Assembly: GCA_041640655.1 (NCBI GenBank)
Contig: JBEPZV010000039.1
Location: 1 to 19,448, forward strand
Length of the DNA: 19,448 nt
Direction of reading: 5' to 3'
Source of the DNA: a bacterium
Lineage (GTDB): Bacteria > Acidobacteriota > Blastocatellia > HR10
The position numbers and the translations under genes were made by a program. Under the pieces are notes generated by a model. The model saw only the letters and a list, made by a program, of their open reading frames with translations, did not search any database and had not been told where the DNA came from. This document shows, piece by piece, positions 1 to 9,052 of the stretch (positions within the stretch are counted from its first letter, which is position 1; each line of letters starts with the position of its first letter).

Positions 1-41
1 CGATCACCGCGCGCGGAGTCGCGACGATGTTGCATGAGTAG
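1..41 (+). CDS. 3' end of upstream gene, probably TadE/TadG-like pseudopilin (partial)
   Basis: Frame from nt 3 reads ITARGVATMLHE-stop (TAG 39-41). The terminal beta-strand ending M-x-x-E resembles TadE-family C-termini, and the gene lies directly before cpaB. Only 12 codons are visible. Confidence 0.4.
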   Translation, partial: ITARGVATMLHE

Positions 42-50
42 GAGGCGAGC

Positions 51-914
51 ATGAACAAAAAGGCCCTCATCGTCTTGAGTCTCGCCGCGATCTTCGGTCT
101 GCTGACGGCCGTGCTCGTGCATCGCACACTGAAGGGGAACGCGTCGGCTCATGCGGGGCAGAAGACGAAGAAGGTGGTTGTGGCGGCCGTGAAGCTCGGC
201 CTGGGGACGCCGATCAAGGCCGAGCAAGTGAGTCTCGCGGAATGGCCGGAATCCTTGCTTCCCCGGGGCGCCTTCTCTGAGGTGGAGAAGCTCATCGGTC
301 GGGTCACCATCGCCGAGATCTTCCCTGGTGAACCCATCCTCGAAGCCCGTTTAGCCCCCGAAGGCTCCGCGGCAGGGCTTCCGGCCATCATCCCACCGGG
401 CATGCGCGCGATGACCGTGAAGGTGGACGAGGTCATCGGCGTGGCCGGATTCGTCGCTCCGGGCACCTATGTGGACGTCGTCGCGACGGTCGTCGAGGGG
501 ACGGGGCAGAATGCGGTCTCGCGCGTGATCTTGCAGAACGTGAAAGTCCTCGCCAGCGGTCAGCGCATGGAGACGCAGAAGGATGGTCAGGCGATCGAAG
601 TGAAGACGGTCACGCTCCAAGTGACGCCGGAGGAGGCGGAGATCCTCGCTCTGGCGAGCAATGCGGGGAAGCTGCAGTTGGTCATGCGCAATACGGTGGA
701 TCGAGAGACGGTGCGGACCAGCGGTGTGGACGAATCGGCGCTCTTTCGCGGCAAGGCCGCGCGCGCGGAAGCGACGGCGACAGGTGGCACTCCGGCGGCC
801 GCGCGATCGGCCAGGAGGAAGACGGAGACCGCGCCGAGTCCGGAGACGCTCAGCAAGAGCGCGGTCGTCGAGCTGATTCGCGGGAGCGAGCGCACGACGA
901 TCACGTTCCAGTGA
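51..914 (+). CDS. cpaB: Flp pilus assembly protein CpaB/RcpC
   Basis: GGAGG RBS at 41-45; N-terminal TM; SAF-like region (VVVAAVKLGLGTPI..W); RcpC motifs IPPGMRAMTV, GVAGFVAPGTYVDV, ILQNVKVLA, TVTLQVTPEEAE, LVMRN; C-terminal VELIRG. Confidence 0.95.
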   Translation: MNKKALIVLSLAAIFGLLTAVLVHRTLKGNASAHAGQKTKKVVVAAVKLGLGTPIKAEQVSLAEWPESLLPRGAFSEVEKLIGRVTIAEIFPGEPILEARLAPEGSAAGLPAIIPPGMRAMTVKVDEVIGVAGFVAPGTYVDVVATVVEGTGQNAVSRVILQNVKVLASGQRMETQKDGQAIEVKTVTLQVTPEEAEILALASNAGKLQLVMRNTVDRETVRTSGVDESALFRGKAARAEATATGGTPAAARSARRKTETAPSPETLSKSAVVELIRGSERTTITFQ

Positions 915-938
915 GGGGCTTCTCTTTGCTCGAAGCGA

Positions 939-975
939 ACGCCTCGCCGCTTCAGCCGTTTCGCGGCGAGGGCGT
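939..975 (+). other. Intergenic GC-rich hairpin between cpaB and cpaC
   Basis: ACGCCTCGCCGC (939-950) pairs with GCGGCGAGGGCGT (963-975) with one bulge and a 12-nt loop; no U-tract follows. Confidence 0.55.
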
Positions 976-1002
976 CCGGGCCGCAAAGGGGGAGGGGGGA
1001 TC

Positions 1003-2430
1003 ATGAGGAAGAGCTTCTGTAGCCTCTGGCGCCGAGGATTCGGCGGGGAGCGCCGCCGCGCGCCCTGGCTACTTGTCGGGGCGCTCACGATCGCTGCCGG
1101 ACTTCTCGATCGAGGGTCGGCGCTGGCGCAAGCGCCGGGGATGCGCGTGCGCTTCGCCGATATTCGGCAGCAGGCGGCTGAGCTGCTGCTTCACACGAAT
1201 CGCTCCATGCTCCTGCAGTTCGATGAGACGCTGCAGCGCGTGGCGATCTCCGAGCCGAAGATCGCGGAGGCGGTGATCGTGACCCCGACGCAGGTGCTCC
1301 TCAATGCCAAGAGCACGGGCCGGTGCACGCTCGTTGTTTGGAGCGCGGTGGATCCCGATCGGCCCGGATTTTTCCAGATCGCCGTCGGCGCGGACCTGGA
1401 GCCGGTGATCCAGCGCGTGCGCGCGCTCTTCCCTTCGGAGAAGATCGCGATCGAGCTGGTGGAGGATCGGCTGATTCTCTCCGGCACGGTCTCGTCGGAG
1501 AAGATCGCCGAGCGCGTGGCGCAGTTCTTCGAAGGAATGGGCGTGAAGGTCGTGAATCTGCTCACACCGGCTCCCGCTTCGACCAAGCAGGTCCTCTTGC
1601 AAGTGCGTGTCGCCGAAGTGAACCGGCGGGCGCTTCAGGAATTGGGGGCCAATTACACGATCGCGCAGCAGGCAGTGCCCGCCTTCATCGGGACGAACAT
1701 GTTCCACACGCCGCTCGGCAGTCTGGTCGGCGGGGTGGCCAACATGACCTTCAGCGATATGGTCAACCTCGCGCTCTTTCAGCGGAGCAGCGGCGCCGGG
1801 GCCTTCATTCGAGCGCTGCAATCGCGCAATGCCATTCGCACGTTAGCCGAGCCGAACATCATCGCCCTGAACGGGCAGAAGGCGAGCTTCCTGGCCGGCG
1901 GGGAATTTCCGTATCCGGTCGTGCAGGGGACCGGCAGCAGCATCGCCATCACCATCCAATTCCGCGAATTCGGCGTGCGCTTGAACTTCACGCCGACGAT
2001 CGTCGAGGGGGATCGGATTCGCCTGGAGTTGGAGCCGGAGGTGAGCGCCCTGGATTTCACCAGCGGCGTCACGATCGCGGGGACGCGCATTCCCGGTTTG
2101 GTGAATCGGAAGGCGAAGACGACCGTCGAGTTGGAGGATGGGCAGAGCTTCGCTCTGGCCGGACTGCTCTCGAACGAGGTCACGCGCATCGCGACGCCGA
2201 TCCCGGGGCTGTCGTTCCTTCCGATCCTCGGCTATCTGTTTCGCAGCCAGCGGTACGTGAACAACGAGACGGAGTTGGTCTTCATCTGCACGGCGCATGT
2301 GGTCAAGCCCGTGAGTCCGGAGCAGTTGCCACCGCTTCCGGGGCAGCAGGGTGTGGAGCTTCAGGGACTTGAGGGGTTCTTCGGGCATCGCGCGCCGGCC
2401 GTGCGCAAAGAGGAGAAGCGAGAGAAGTAG
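1003..2430 (+). CDS. cpaC: Flp pilus secretin CpaC/RcpA
   Basis: Signal peptide ending ALA|Q; pilus-formation N-domain (RVAISEPKIAEA); BON-like segment (LILSGTVSS); secretin motifs QVLLQVRVAEV, LAEPNIIALNGQKASFLAGGEFP, FGVRLNFTP, TTVELEDGQSFALAGLL, PILGYLFRS, ETELV. Confidence 0.95.
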   Translation: MRKSFCSLWRRGFGGERRRAPWLLVGALTIAAGLLDRGSALAQAPGMRVRFADIRQQAAELLLHTNRSMLLQFDETLQRVAISEPKIAEAVIVTPTQVLLNAKSTGRCTLVVWSAVDPDRPGFFQIAVGADLEPVIQRVRALFPSEKIAIELVEDRLILSGTVSSEKIAERVAQFFEGMGVKVVNLLTPAPASTKQVLLQVRVAEVNRRALQELGANYTIAQQAVPAFIGTNMFHTPLGSLVGGVANMTFSDMVNLALFQRSSGAGAFIRALQSRNAIRTLAEPNIIALNGQKASFLAGGEFPYPVVQGTGSSIAITIQFREFGVRLNFTPTIVEGDRIRLELEPEVSALDFTSGVTIAGTRIPGLVNRKAKTTVELEDGQSFALAGLLSNEVTRIATPIPGLSFLPILGYLFRSQRYVNNETELVFICTAHVVKPVSPEQLPPLPGQQGVELQGLEGFFGHRAPAVRKEEKREK

Positions 2431-2439
2431 GGGAGAGGA

Positions 2440-3636
2440 ATGGTGGTTCCGATGTCCGTCATCGTGATCGGGAAGGATTCGCAGTTGCGCGCGGAGACGC
2501 GCGCGCACCTGGCGGCGACAGGGCGCGTGCACGTCATCGCCGAGAGTTCGGACTATCACCGCGCGGTGGAGCTGATCGGGCAGTTGCACCCGCAAGGGGC
2601 GGTCATCCTCGTGAACGGCGATGAGGACACCGCGCTCGACCTGGTCCGGCAGATCGGCCGCGAGCATCCGCGCACGGCGATCATCTGCACGGGGAAGCAT
2701 TGCGCGAGCGAGACCATCGTGCGGGCGTATCGCGCCGGCGCGCATGAATTCCTCATGCAGCCGCCCGATCCTCGGGAGTTGCGCGAGGTGCTGGAGCGGC
2801 TGGAGGCATTCCTCGGCGAAGGAGAGGCGAAACGGGTCGGGCGCATCATCGCCGTCTACAGCAGCCGCGGGGGGAGTGGGACGACGACGATCGCCGTCAA
2901 TGTGGCGGCGGCCTTGGCTCGCTGCACGCGTCAGGAGACGGTCATCGTGGACCTCAATCTCCAGCACGGATGCCTCCCGGTCTTTTTCGGGATCGAACCG
3001 ACGTACTCGCTGGCCGACATCGCGCGCAACGAACAACGGCTGGACGTTCAGCTCCTGCGCAGCTTCCTGACGAAGGTCACCGAAGAGCTCTATTGCCTGG
3101 CCGCTCCGCTCAAGCCGGAGGAGGCTGATGATATTTTCCCGGCGCATCTGGAAATGGCGCTGGGGCTCCTGCGCACGCAGTTCGCCCATATCGTCGTGGA
3201 CACGCCGCATGTTTTGGATCCGAACACGATCGCGGCGCTGGATCATGCGGATGTGATCTTCGTCGTGACCGTCGGGGAGCTCGCGTCACTCTACACGACC
3301 AAACGCGTGCTGGAGACCTTCCGACGCATGGGCTACGACGCTGAGAAAGTCCGGCTCGTCTTGAATCGGTACGTCAAGAACAGGGAGGTGCCGGTGGAGA
3401 AGCTCGAGGACGTTCTGGGACAGAAGGTCGCCTTCACGCTCGCCGAAGATGCGCGCGCGGCGCTGGAGGCGATTAACATGGGGAAACCGCTCGCCCTCTC
3501 GGAATCGAAGTCGCCGCTTGCGCGACAGGTCCTCGAATTGGCGAAGTTGGTGGCGCCGGTGGGAGAGGCGTCGGCCTCGCGGATGGCGTCGGGGCGGGGG
3601 ATGTTGAGTCGGCTCTTTGGAGGAGGTCAGCGATGA
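2440..3636 (+). CDS. cpaE: Flp pilus assembly protein CpaE/TadZ (atypical receiver domain + MinD/ParA-like domain)
   Basis: Receiver-like N-terminus ([13 protein letters not shown]); deviant P-loop [35 protein letters not shown]; lies between cpaC and cpaF. Confidence 0.9.
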   Translation: MVVPMSVIVIGKDSQLRAETRAHLAATGRVHVIAESSDYHRAVELIGQLHPQGAVILVNGDEDTALDLVRQIGREHPRTAIICTGKHCASETIVRAYRAGAHEFLMQPPDPRELREVLERLEAFLGEGEAKRVGRIIAVYSSRGGSGTTTIAVNVAAALARCTRQETVIVDLNLQHGCLPVFFGIEPTYSLADIARNEQRLDVQLLRSFLTKVTEELYCLAAPLKPEEADDIFPAHLEMALGLLRTQFAHIVVDTPHVLDPNTIAALDHADVIFVVTVGELASLYTTKRVLETFRRMGYDAEKVRLVLNRYVKNREVPVEKLEDVLGQKVAFTLAEDARAALEAINMGKPLALSESKSPLARQVLELAKLVAPVGEASASRMASGRGMLSRLFGGGQR

Positions 3637-5174
3637 GTGTATTGAAGAGCCGTCTGAAGCGCTTCTCTCCGGCACCGGAGTCCGGCGGGAACGGTGCTGA
3701 TGGGCACGTGCCTGACAACGGACACGCGTCGGAGATGGGGCGGGTCGTCACCGTTGAGCCGCCGAGGCATACGGTGGCGGGTGCGCGCGAGCGCATCCCC
3801 TCTGTGGGCGAAGAACCTCGATATGTCCAGGCGGGAGGACGACGACCAACGCCCGCGCGTCTGGAGGAGTACCAGGCGCTGAAGACGAAGATTCATCGCG
3901 ACCTGATCAATAAACTGGACCTGACGCGGCTGGAGAAGATCGAGCCGAGCGTGTTGCAGGCGCAGATCGCGCAGATTGTCGAGCGGATGCTGGAGGCCGA
4001 GGCCACGCCGCTCAGCATGGCCGAGCGCGAGCGGCTGGTCGCCGAGATCCGGGATGAGCTGTTCGGATTGGGGCCGCTGGAGCCGCTCTTGAACGATCCG
4101 ACGATCTCGGACATCCTGGTCAACACGTATCGGCAGGTGTACGTGGAGCGCTTCGGCAAGCTCTATCTGACCGATGTGCAGTTCAAGGACAACGACCATC
4201 TCATGCAGATCATTGATCGGATCGTCTCGCGCGTCGGTCGGCGCATTGATGAAGCGTCGCCCATGGTGGATGCCCGGCTGCCGGACGGCTCGCGCGTGAA
4301 CGCCATCATCCCCCCTCTGGCGATTGATGGGCCGATCCTCTCGATCCGCCGCTTCGGGACGATTCGCCCGACCATTGATGAGCTGATCCGGCGGGGGACG
4401 CTGACGCCGGAGATCGCCTATCTGCTCGAAGGGTGCGTGAGATGTCGTCTGAACATCATCATCTCCGGCGGCACGGGCGCGGGGAAGACGACGCTTCTGA
4501 ACGTCCTCTCCTCCTTCATCCCGAACGATGAGCGCATCATCACGATCGAGGACTCGGCCGAGTTGCAGTTGCAACAGGAGCACGTCGTGCGTCTGGAGAC
4601 GCGGCCGCCGAACATCGAGGGCAAGGGCGAGGTGACGCAGCGCGATCTGGTCCGCAACAGCTTGCGCATGCGCCCGGATCGCATCGTCGTCGGCGAGGTA
4701 CGCGGGGCCGAGGCCATTGATATGCTTCAGGCGATGAACACGGGGCATGATGGGAGCTTGACGACGATTCACGCCAACTCGCCGCGCGATGCGCTCTCGC
4801 GCCTGGAGACGATGGTCTCGATGGCCGGGTTGAACCTCTCGGATCGCGCCATCCGGCAGCAGATCGCTTCGGCGATCAATCTGATCATTCAGGCGGCGCG
4901 CTTGAGCGACGGCTCGCGCAAGATCGTCTCCATCTGCGAGATCACGGGGATGGAGGGGGATGTGGTCGCCATGCAGGAGATCTTCTTCTTCGAGCGATTG
5001 GGCGTGGCCGAGGACGGCCGCGTGATCGGTCGGTTCCGCGCCACGGGCATTCGTCCGAAGTTCGCCGATAAGCTCGAACGTTCGGGATTCCACCTCCCCA
5101 GCTCCCTCTTCGACGACGCGGTCGAGCTGGGGGCGAGCGAATCTGCATGGTTCGAGCGTTACGGCGTCCGGTGA
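3633..5174 (+). CDS. cpaF: Flp pilus assembly ATPase CpaF/TadA
   Basis: ATGA overlap with cpa[24 protein letters not shown], Walker A GGTGAGKT, Asp box [23 protein letters not shown], His box [15 protein letters not shown]. Confidence 0.97.
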   Translation: MSVLKSRLKRFSPAPESGGNGADGHVPDNGHASEMGRVVTVEPPRHTVAGARERIPSVGEEPRYVQAGGRRPTPARLEEYQALKTKIHRDLINKLDLTRLEKIEPSVLQAQIAQIVERMLEAEATPLSMAERERLVAEIRDELFGLGPLEPLLNDPTISDILVNTYRQVYVERFGKLYLTDVQFKDNDHLMQIIDRIVSRVGRRIDEASPMVDARLPDGSRVNAIIPPLAIDGPILSIRRFGTIRPTIDELIRRGTLTPEIAYLLEGCVRCRLNIIISGGTGAGKTTLLNVLSSFIPNDERIITIEDSAELQLQQEHVVRLETRPPNIEGKGEVTQRDLVRNSLRMRPDRIVVGEVRGAEAIDMLQAMNTGHDGSLTTIHANSPRDALSRLETMVSMAGLNLSDRAIRQQIASAINLIIQAARLSDGSRKIVSICEITGMEGDVVAMQEIFFFERLGVAEDGRVIGRFRATGIRPKFADKLERSGFHLPSSLFDDAVELGASESAWFERYGVR

Positions 5175-5190
5175 GCGTGAGGAGACGTCT

Positions 5191-6159
5191 ATGCTCGTCC
5201 TCTTCATCTTGGTGACGTTCAGCCTCTTCGCCTTCGGGCTCTATCTGCTGCTGATGCGCGGGGAGGAGGAGCAGCAGCGCGCGCTCCACAAACGGTTGGA
5301 GAGCTTGCTCCGCTCGGAGACGGCGGAGGCGGCGACCGACGAGGCGATCCGCATCCTGCGGGAGGAGATCGAGGCCCCATTGCCGTGGCTGCAGCGACTC
5401 GCCCTGCGCTTTCGATTGGGCAACGAGTTGTTCCGCCTGATCGAACAGGCGGACGTCAATATCCGTCCGCATCAACTGCTGTTGCTCATCTTCGGTTTGG
5501 CCGTGGGCGTGGGCGCCTTCATGTGGGTCGTTCGCGGATCGCTCCTGATCACGGCCGTCATGGGCGTGCTCGCTGGAGCGGCGCCGATCCTCTATCTCGT
5601 GCGGATGCGGAAGCGTCGGTTGCAACACTTCCTCGAGCAGTTGCCCGATGCTCTCGATCTCATGACGCGCGCCCTGCGCGCCGGTCACGCCTTCAGCAGT
5701 GCGCTCAATACGGTGGCCACTGAAATGCCCGATCCGATCGCCAAGGAGTTCCGTCGCACGTTCGAAGAGCAGAATCTGGGGATGAGCCTGAAAGTGGCGT
5801 TGGATCACCTCATCGAGCGCGTGCCGCTGCTCGATCTTCGGCTCTGCGTGACGGCTATCCTCATCCAGCGGGAGACGGGGGGGAACCTGGCCGAGATCCT
5901 AGAGAACATCGCCACGGTCATCCGCGATCGGTTTCGCATCCTCGGTCAGGTTCGCGTCTACACGGCGCAAGGGCGCATGACGGGGTGGATCATCGGCGTG
6001 ATCCCCTTTGCGCTGGCTTTTTACATCTACCTCGTCAGCCCCGACTACATCGAATTGCTCTTCACGCATCCAGTGGGGAGGGCCATGGCCCTGATGGCGC
6101 TCGTGTTCGAAGGATTGGGCATTCTCATGATTCGCCGGATCATCAACATCTCCGTGTGA
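5191..6159 (+). CDS. tadB: Tad inner-membrane platform protein TadB (T2SS F family)
   Basis: FLEQLPDALDLMTRALRAGH, IQRETGGNLAEIL, TAQGRMT; TM pattern; follows cpaF. Confidence 0.93.
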   Translation: MLVLFILVTFSLFAFGLYLLLMRGEEEQQRALHKRLESLLRSETAEAATDEAIRILREEIEAPLPWLQRLALRFRLGNELFRLIEQADVNIRPHQLLLLIFGLAVGVGAFMWVVRGSLLITAVMGVLAGAAPILYLVRMRKRRLQHFLEQLPDALDLMTRALRAGHAFSSALNTVATEMPDPIAKEFRRTFEEQNLGMSLKVALDHLIERVPLLDLRLCVTAILIQRETGGNLAEILENIATVIRDRFRILGQVRVYTAQGRMTGWIIGVIPFALAFYIYLVSPDYIELLFTHPVGRAMALMALVFEGLGILMIRRIINISV

Positions 6160-6169
6160 GGGACGCGCG

Positions 6170-7105
6170 ATGGTGACGGCGGTCGCAGTCTTGGCCTGCG
6201 TGACGGTCATGTTCTTGGTGCTCGCGGTCTATTATGCGCTCGCGCCGCAAGCGCCGCCGGTCGTGGAGCGGCTCGAGCAGTTGAAGGAGCGGCGGACGAT
6301 CCGCCTCGTCCCGGCAGCGGAGGAGCGACAGACGCCGTTCGCCGACTGGGCGCGTCGTCTCCTTCAATCGGTCGGCCAGCGGTTCAGCTCGGCGAATCGA
6401 ACCCCTGAGGCCCTGCGCCGGCGGCTGATGCGGGCCGGATTCTATGGGGAGATGGCCGTCGCCAATTACAACGGGATTCGTCTGGCGCTGGCCGTCGGCC
6501 TGCCTCTGGTGTTCACCGTCCTCCTGACGCTCCTGAACATTCCGATCGTCGGGATGATGTTCGCCCTGCCCCTGCTCGCGCTGGTGGGGCTCTTCATCCC
6601 TTCGCTCGTTTTGGATTCCATGATCACGCGGCGGCGGGAGCGCATTCAGCGCAGTTTGGCCGATGCTGTGGATCTGATGGTCGCCTGCGTCGAGGCCGGA
6701 TTGAGCATCAACGCGGCGATCCTGCGGGTCGCGCAGGAGCTGAGGACAGCGCATCCGGATATCGCACAGGAGCTGCAGTTGTGCGCTTTGGAGATTCGGG
6801 CCGGGAAGCCGCGCGATGAAGCGTTCCGCGCCTTGGGGGAACGCACGGGGGTCAGGGACATGAAGGCGCTCGTCGCGATGCTCATCCAAACGGAGCGCTT
6901 CGGCACGAGCATCGCGCGCGCTTTGCGTGTGTTCGCCGATTCGCTGCGGACGAAGCGGCGGCAGCGCGCCGAAGAAGCCGCCGCGAAGACGACGATCAAA
7001 CTGATTTTCCCCTTGGTCTTTTTCATCTTCCCTGCTATTCTAGTCGTGCTGTTAGGTCCCGGCTTGATCCGGATCATGGAGACGTTGGGGGCGTTGAAGA
7101 AGTGA
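6170..7105 (+). CDS. tadC: Tad inner-membrane platform protein TadC (T2SS F family)
   Basis: LADAVDLMVACVEAGLS, LIQTERFGTSIARALR, AEEAAAKTTIKLIFPLVFFIFPAILVVLLGP. Confidence 0.93.
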   Translation: MVTAVAVLACVTVMFLVLAVYYALAPQAPPVVERLEQLKERRTIRLVPAAEERQTPFADWARRLLQSVGQRFSSANRTPEALRRRLMRAGFYGEMAVANYNGIRLALAVGLPLVFTVLLTLLNIPIVGMMFALPLLALVGLFIPSLVLDSMITRRRERIQRSLADAVDLMVACVEAGLSINAAILRVAQELRTAHPDIAQELQLCALEIRAGKPRDEAFRALGERTGVRDMKALVAMLIQTERFGTSIARALRVFADSLRTKRRQRAEEAAAKTTIKLIFPLVFFIFPAILVVLLGPGLIRIMETLGALKK

Positions 7106-7148
7106 GCGAGGGTCTGACCGGGATGGATCAAACTCAGGAGGGGGGACG

Positions 7149-7289
7149 ATGCTCAACCTGGCGATCTGGCTTCAGGAGGAGGCGGAGCGGGGAGTCCCAA
7201 CGACGAATCTGATCGTCCTCGCGGTGTTGATCGTCATTGCGGCGATTCTCTTGGTTGTGGTCGTGAGGAAGCGGAGGGCGCGAGAGTAG
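7149..7289 (+). CDS. Small single-TM protein (46 aa), not in the ORF track
   Basis: AGGAGG RBS at 7136-7141, ATG 7149, TAG 7287-7289; MLNLAIWLQEEAERGVPTTNLIVLAVLIVIAAILLVVVVRKRRARE has a 19-aa hydrophobic helix followed by a basic cluster; fills the tadC-DUF192 gap in operon orientation. Confidence 0.75.
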   Translation: MLNLAIWLQEEAERGVPTTNLIVLAVLIVIAAILLVVVVRKRRARE

Positions 7290-7366
7290 CGCCGCGGTCA
7301 GTCGGATGCTCTCGCGCTCGGTCCGCGTGAGGGGGACCAGGGGGGAGAGATCACGAGTTGGGCGGA

Positions 7367-7711
7367 ATGAGGGTTTGGAACGCGACGCGAGAGGTCTGGC
7401 TGGCCTCGAAAGTTGAAGTCGCCGATCGGTTCCTCCGGCGGCTTGTGGGGCTGCTGGGGCGAGCCTCACTGTCGTGGGGGCACGGCCTTCTGATCACCCG
7501 GTGTGATTCGATTCACACCATTGGGATGCGTTTTCCCATTGATGTCGTCTTCGTGGGTCGAGACCTGCGCGTCGTCAAAACGATCGAGACGCTCAAGCCG
7601 TTTCGCGTCATCTTCCCGGTCCGACGCGCCGTCGCCGTCCTTGAACTCCCGGTGGGAACGATTCGGCAGACGCGCACGCACGTGGGGGATCAATTGCGCT
7701 TCCTCGATTGA
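7367..7711 (+). CDS. DUF192 family protein
   Basis: ADRFLRRLVGLLGR, GLLI..C.SIHTIGMRFPIDVVF, VLELPVG..GDQL match the DUF192 pattern; ATG at 7367 preferred over TTG at 7358. Confidence 0.88.
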   Translation: MRVWNATREVWLASKVEVADRFLRRLVGLLGRASLSWGHGLLITRCDSIHTIGMRFPIDVVFVGRDLRVVKTIETLKPFRVIFPVRRAVAVLELPVGTIRQTRTHVGDQLRFLD

Positions 7712-7746
7712 GGAGGCGCGTTCAACGGATGAGAGGGGGGAGAGAG

Positions 7747-8757
7747 ATGAACAGCGATCGCGCCTGGCGTCGTCTCGTGAGACTCGGTGTCCTGCTCCTT
7801 CTCGTCGGGCTCGGATCGGGATGTGCGGGTCTGCGCGGGGGATTGCGGAAGCTTCTGGTCGTGGAGGTGAGGCCGAGGGAGGAGCGGGCACGCGGCTTCG
7901 TCGCCGAACAGATTCGTCCTCGCGTGGATGTGATCGGCGGTGCGTCCGCAGTGTCCGGGGAGGAGGGGACCGAGGACGATGAATTGTCGGTGTATCAAAG
8001 ATTGGCTTTGCTTCGGCCTGAGGACCCGGTGGCGCGCTTCCACTTGGGGCGGGTTTATCTGGAGCGGGGATTGCTCGATCAGGCGATCTTCGAGCTGGAC
8101 ATGGCGACGTCTCTGGATCCCGGACGCGTCGAGGGGTTGCTGTTGCTCGGCCGAGCCCTTCGGCTGAAAGGTCAATATGACCTCGCGATCGCGAAGTTGC
8201 GAGCGGCGACGCTGCTGGATCCGACATATGTGGAGGCATTCATCGAGCTGGGCATTTGTTGGGATCAGCGGGGATTCCCCGAGCGAGCGCGTCACGCCTA
8301 TCACCACGCGCTGCGGTTGCGCCCGAAGGATCCGGACATCTACAACAATCTCGGCGTCTCCTATCTCTACGAGGGCGATGACGAGAACGCGCTGAAGTAT
8401 TTGAAGAAGGCCTGGCAGTTGGATCCGAATCATCCGCAGACGAACAACAATCTGGCGCTCATCGCTGCTCGGCGCCGGCAGTACGATCTGGCGTTCGAGT
8501 ACTTCGCGCGCGCGCACGGTCCGGCCGTGGCGCACAGCAACGTGGGGTATCTCCTGTTGCGCGACGGCGAGGTGGAGAAGGCGATCGTTCATCTGCGCGA
8601 GGCCGTTCGGCTGCGGCCGAATTCGCTGCGAGCGCTCGCGCATTTGGAGTCGGCCTTGCGCTTGAGCGGGCGCGTGGCGGAAGCCGAGCAGGTGCATGCG
8701 CAGTATCTGAAAGCCCAATCGGCCGAGGTGCTCTCGTCTGCTCCTCCGCGTCGGTGA
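7747..8757 (+). CDS. TPR-repeat lipoprotein, TadD/pilotin-like
   Basis: ATG 7747 after a purine-rich RBS; basic N-terminus, hydrophobic stretch and lipobox-like LGSG|C; multiple TPRs (ARFHLGRVYL, IYNNLGVSYL, TNNNLALI, AHSNVGYLL); last gene of the Tad cluster. Confidence 0.8.
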   Translation: MNSDRAWRRLVRLGVLLLLVGLGSGCAGLRGGLRKLLVVEVRPREERARGFVAEQIRPRVDVIGGASAVSGEEGTEDDELSVYQRLALLRPEDPVARFHLGRVYLERGLLDQAIFELDMATSLDPGRVEGLLLLGRALRLKGQYDLAIAKLRAATLLDPTYVEAFIELGICWDQRGFPERARHAYHHALRLRPKDPDIYNNLGVSYLYEGDDENALKYLKKAWQLDPNHPQTNNNLALIAARRRQYDLAFEYFARAHGPAVAHSNVGYLLLRDGEVEKAIVHLREAVRLRPNSLRALAHLESALRLSGRVAEAEQVHAQYLKAQSAEVLSSAPPRR

Positions 8758-8853
8758 GCGCCCACTGAACGCTGGGCTCGCTTGAGGCCTTGCGGCGTTC
8801 TCAAGAGGGATTGACTCAAGGTGAGCCGAGGCCTCGTTTTTCGTCTCCGGCGA

Positions 8854-8925
8854 GCCCTCTCCTCCTTCTCGAGAGGACGGCAGGGGCGGAGTTGTTGGCA
8901 GTCAGCCTGATGCCGAGGGGAGGGC
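8854..8925 (+). repeat. REP-like inverted repeat, copy 1 (GCCCTCTCCTC ... GAGGGGAGGGC, 50-nt spacer)
   Basis: Arms 8854-8864 and 8915-8925 pair over 11 bp with one G-U; arms nearly identical to the hairpin at 15320-15350. Confidence 0.55.
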
Positions 8926-8941
8926 GAGGAAGGTGACGATG

Positions 8942-8980
8942 GTCCTCAGCGCGCGGTGAGCATCGGGCCGCGTTGAGGGC
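8942..8980 (+). other. Long intergenic RNA hairpin
   Basis: GTCCTCAGCGCG pairs with CGCGTTGAGGGC (12 bp, two G-U), with further pairing possible in the loop (CGGT/ATCG). Confidence 0.55.
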
Positions 8981-9013
8981 GGGCGACACGCATCCCCCAT
9001 TCTCAGAGGCGGA

Positions 9014-9043
9014 TTGTCGAGCGGATCCCCTTTTTGGTATGTT
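9014..9043 (+). promoter_or_regulatory. Putative sigma-70 promoter (extended -10) for the kinase operon
   Basis: TTGTCG (9014-9019), 18-nt spacer, TGn-TATGTT (-10 at 9038-9043); ATG only 9 nt downstream. Confidence 0.45.
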
Positions 9044-9052
9044 TGGGAACTC

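Noticed and set aside
2440..2900. CpaE has a receiver domain without the Asp/Lys catalytic residues and a P-loop without Lys
   Set aside because: An atypical receiver plus degenerate ATPase is the established state of TadZ/CpaE proteins, so it is neither novel nor a pseudogene.
1843..5207. Long minus-strand ORFs (467 aa at 1843-3246, 526 aa at 3627-5207) and similar antisense ORFs elsewhere
   Set aside because: They are shadows of well-supported + strand genes caused by high-GC codon bias, with no recognisable motifs.
7149..7289. Calling the small ORF the major Flp pilin
   Set aside because: It lacks the +5 Glu/+6 Tyr Flp motif and ends in a basic cluster. The true flp and cpaA probably lie upstream of the window.
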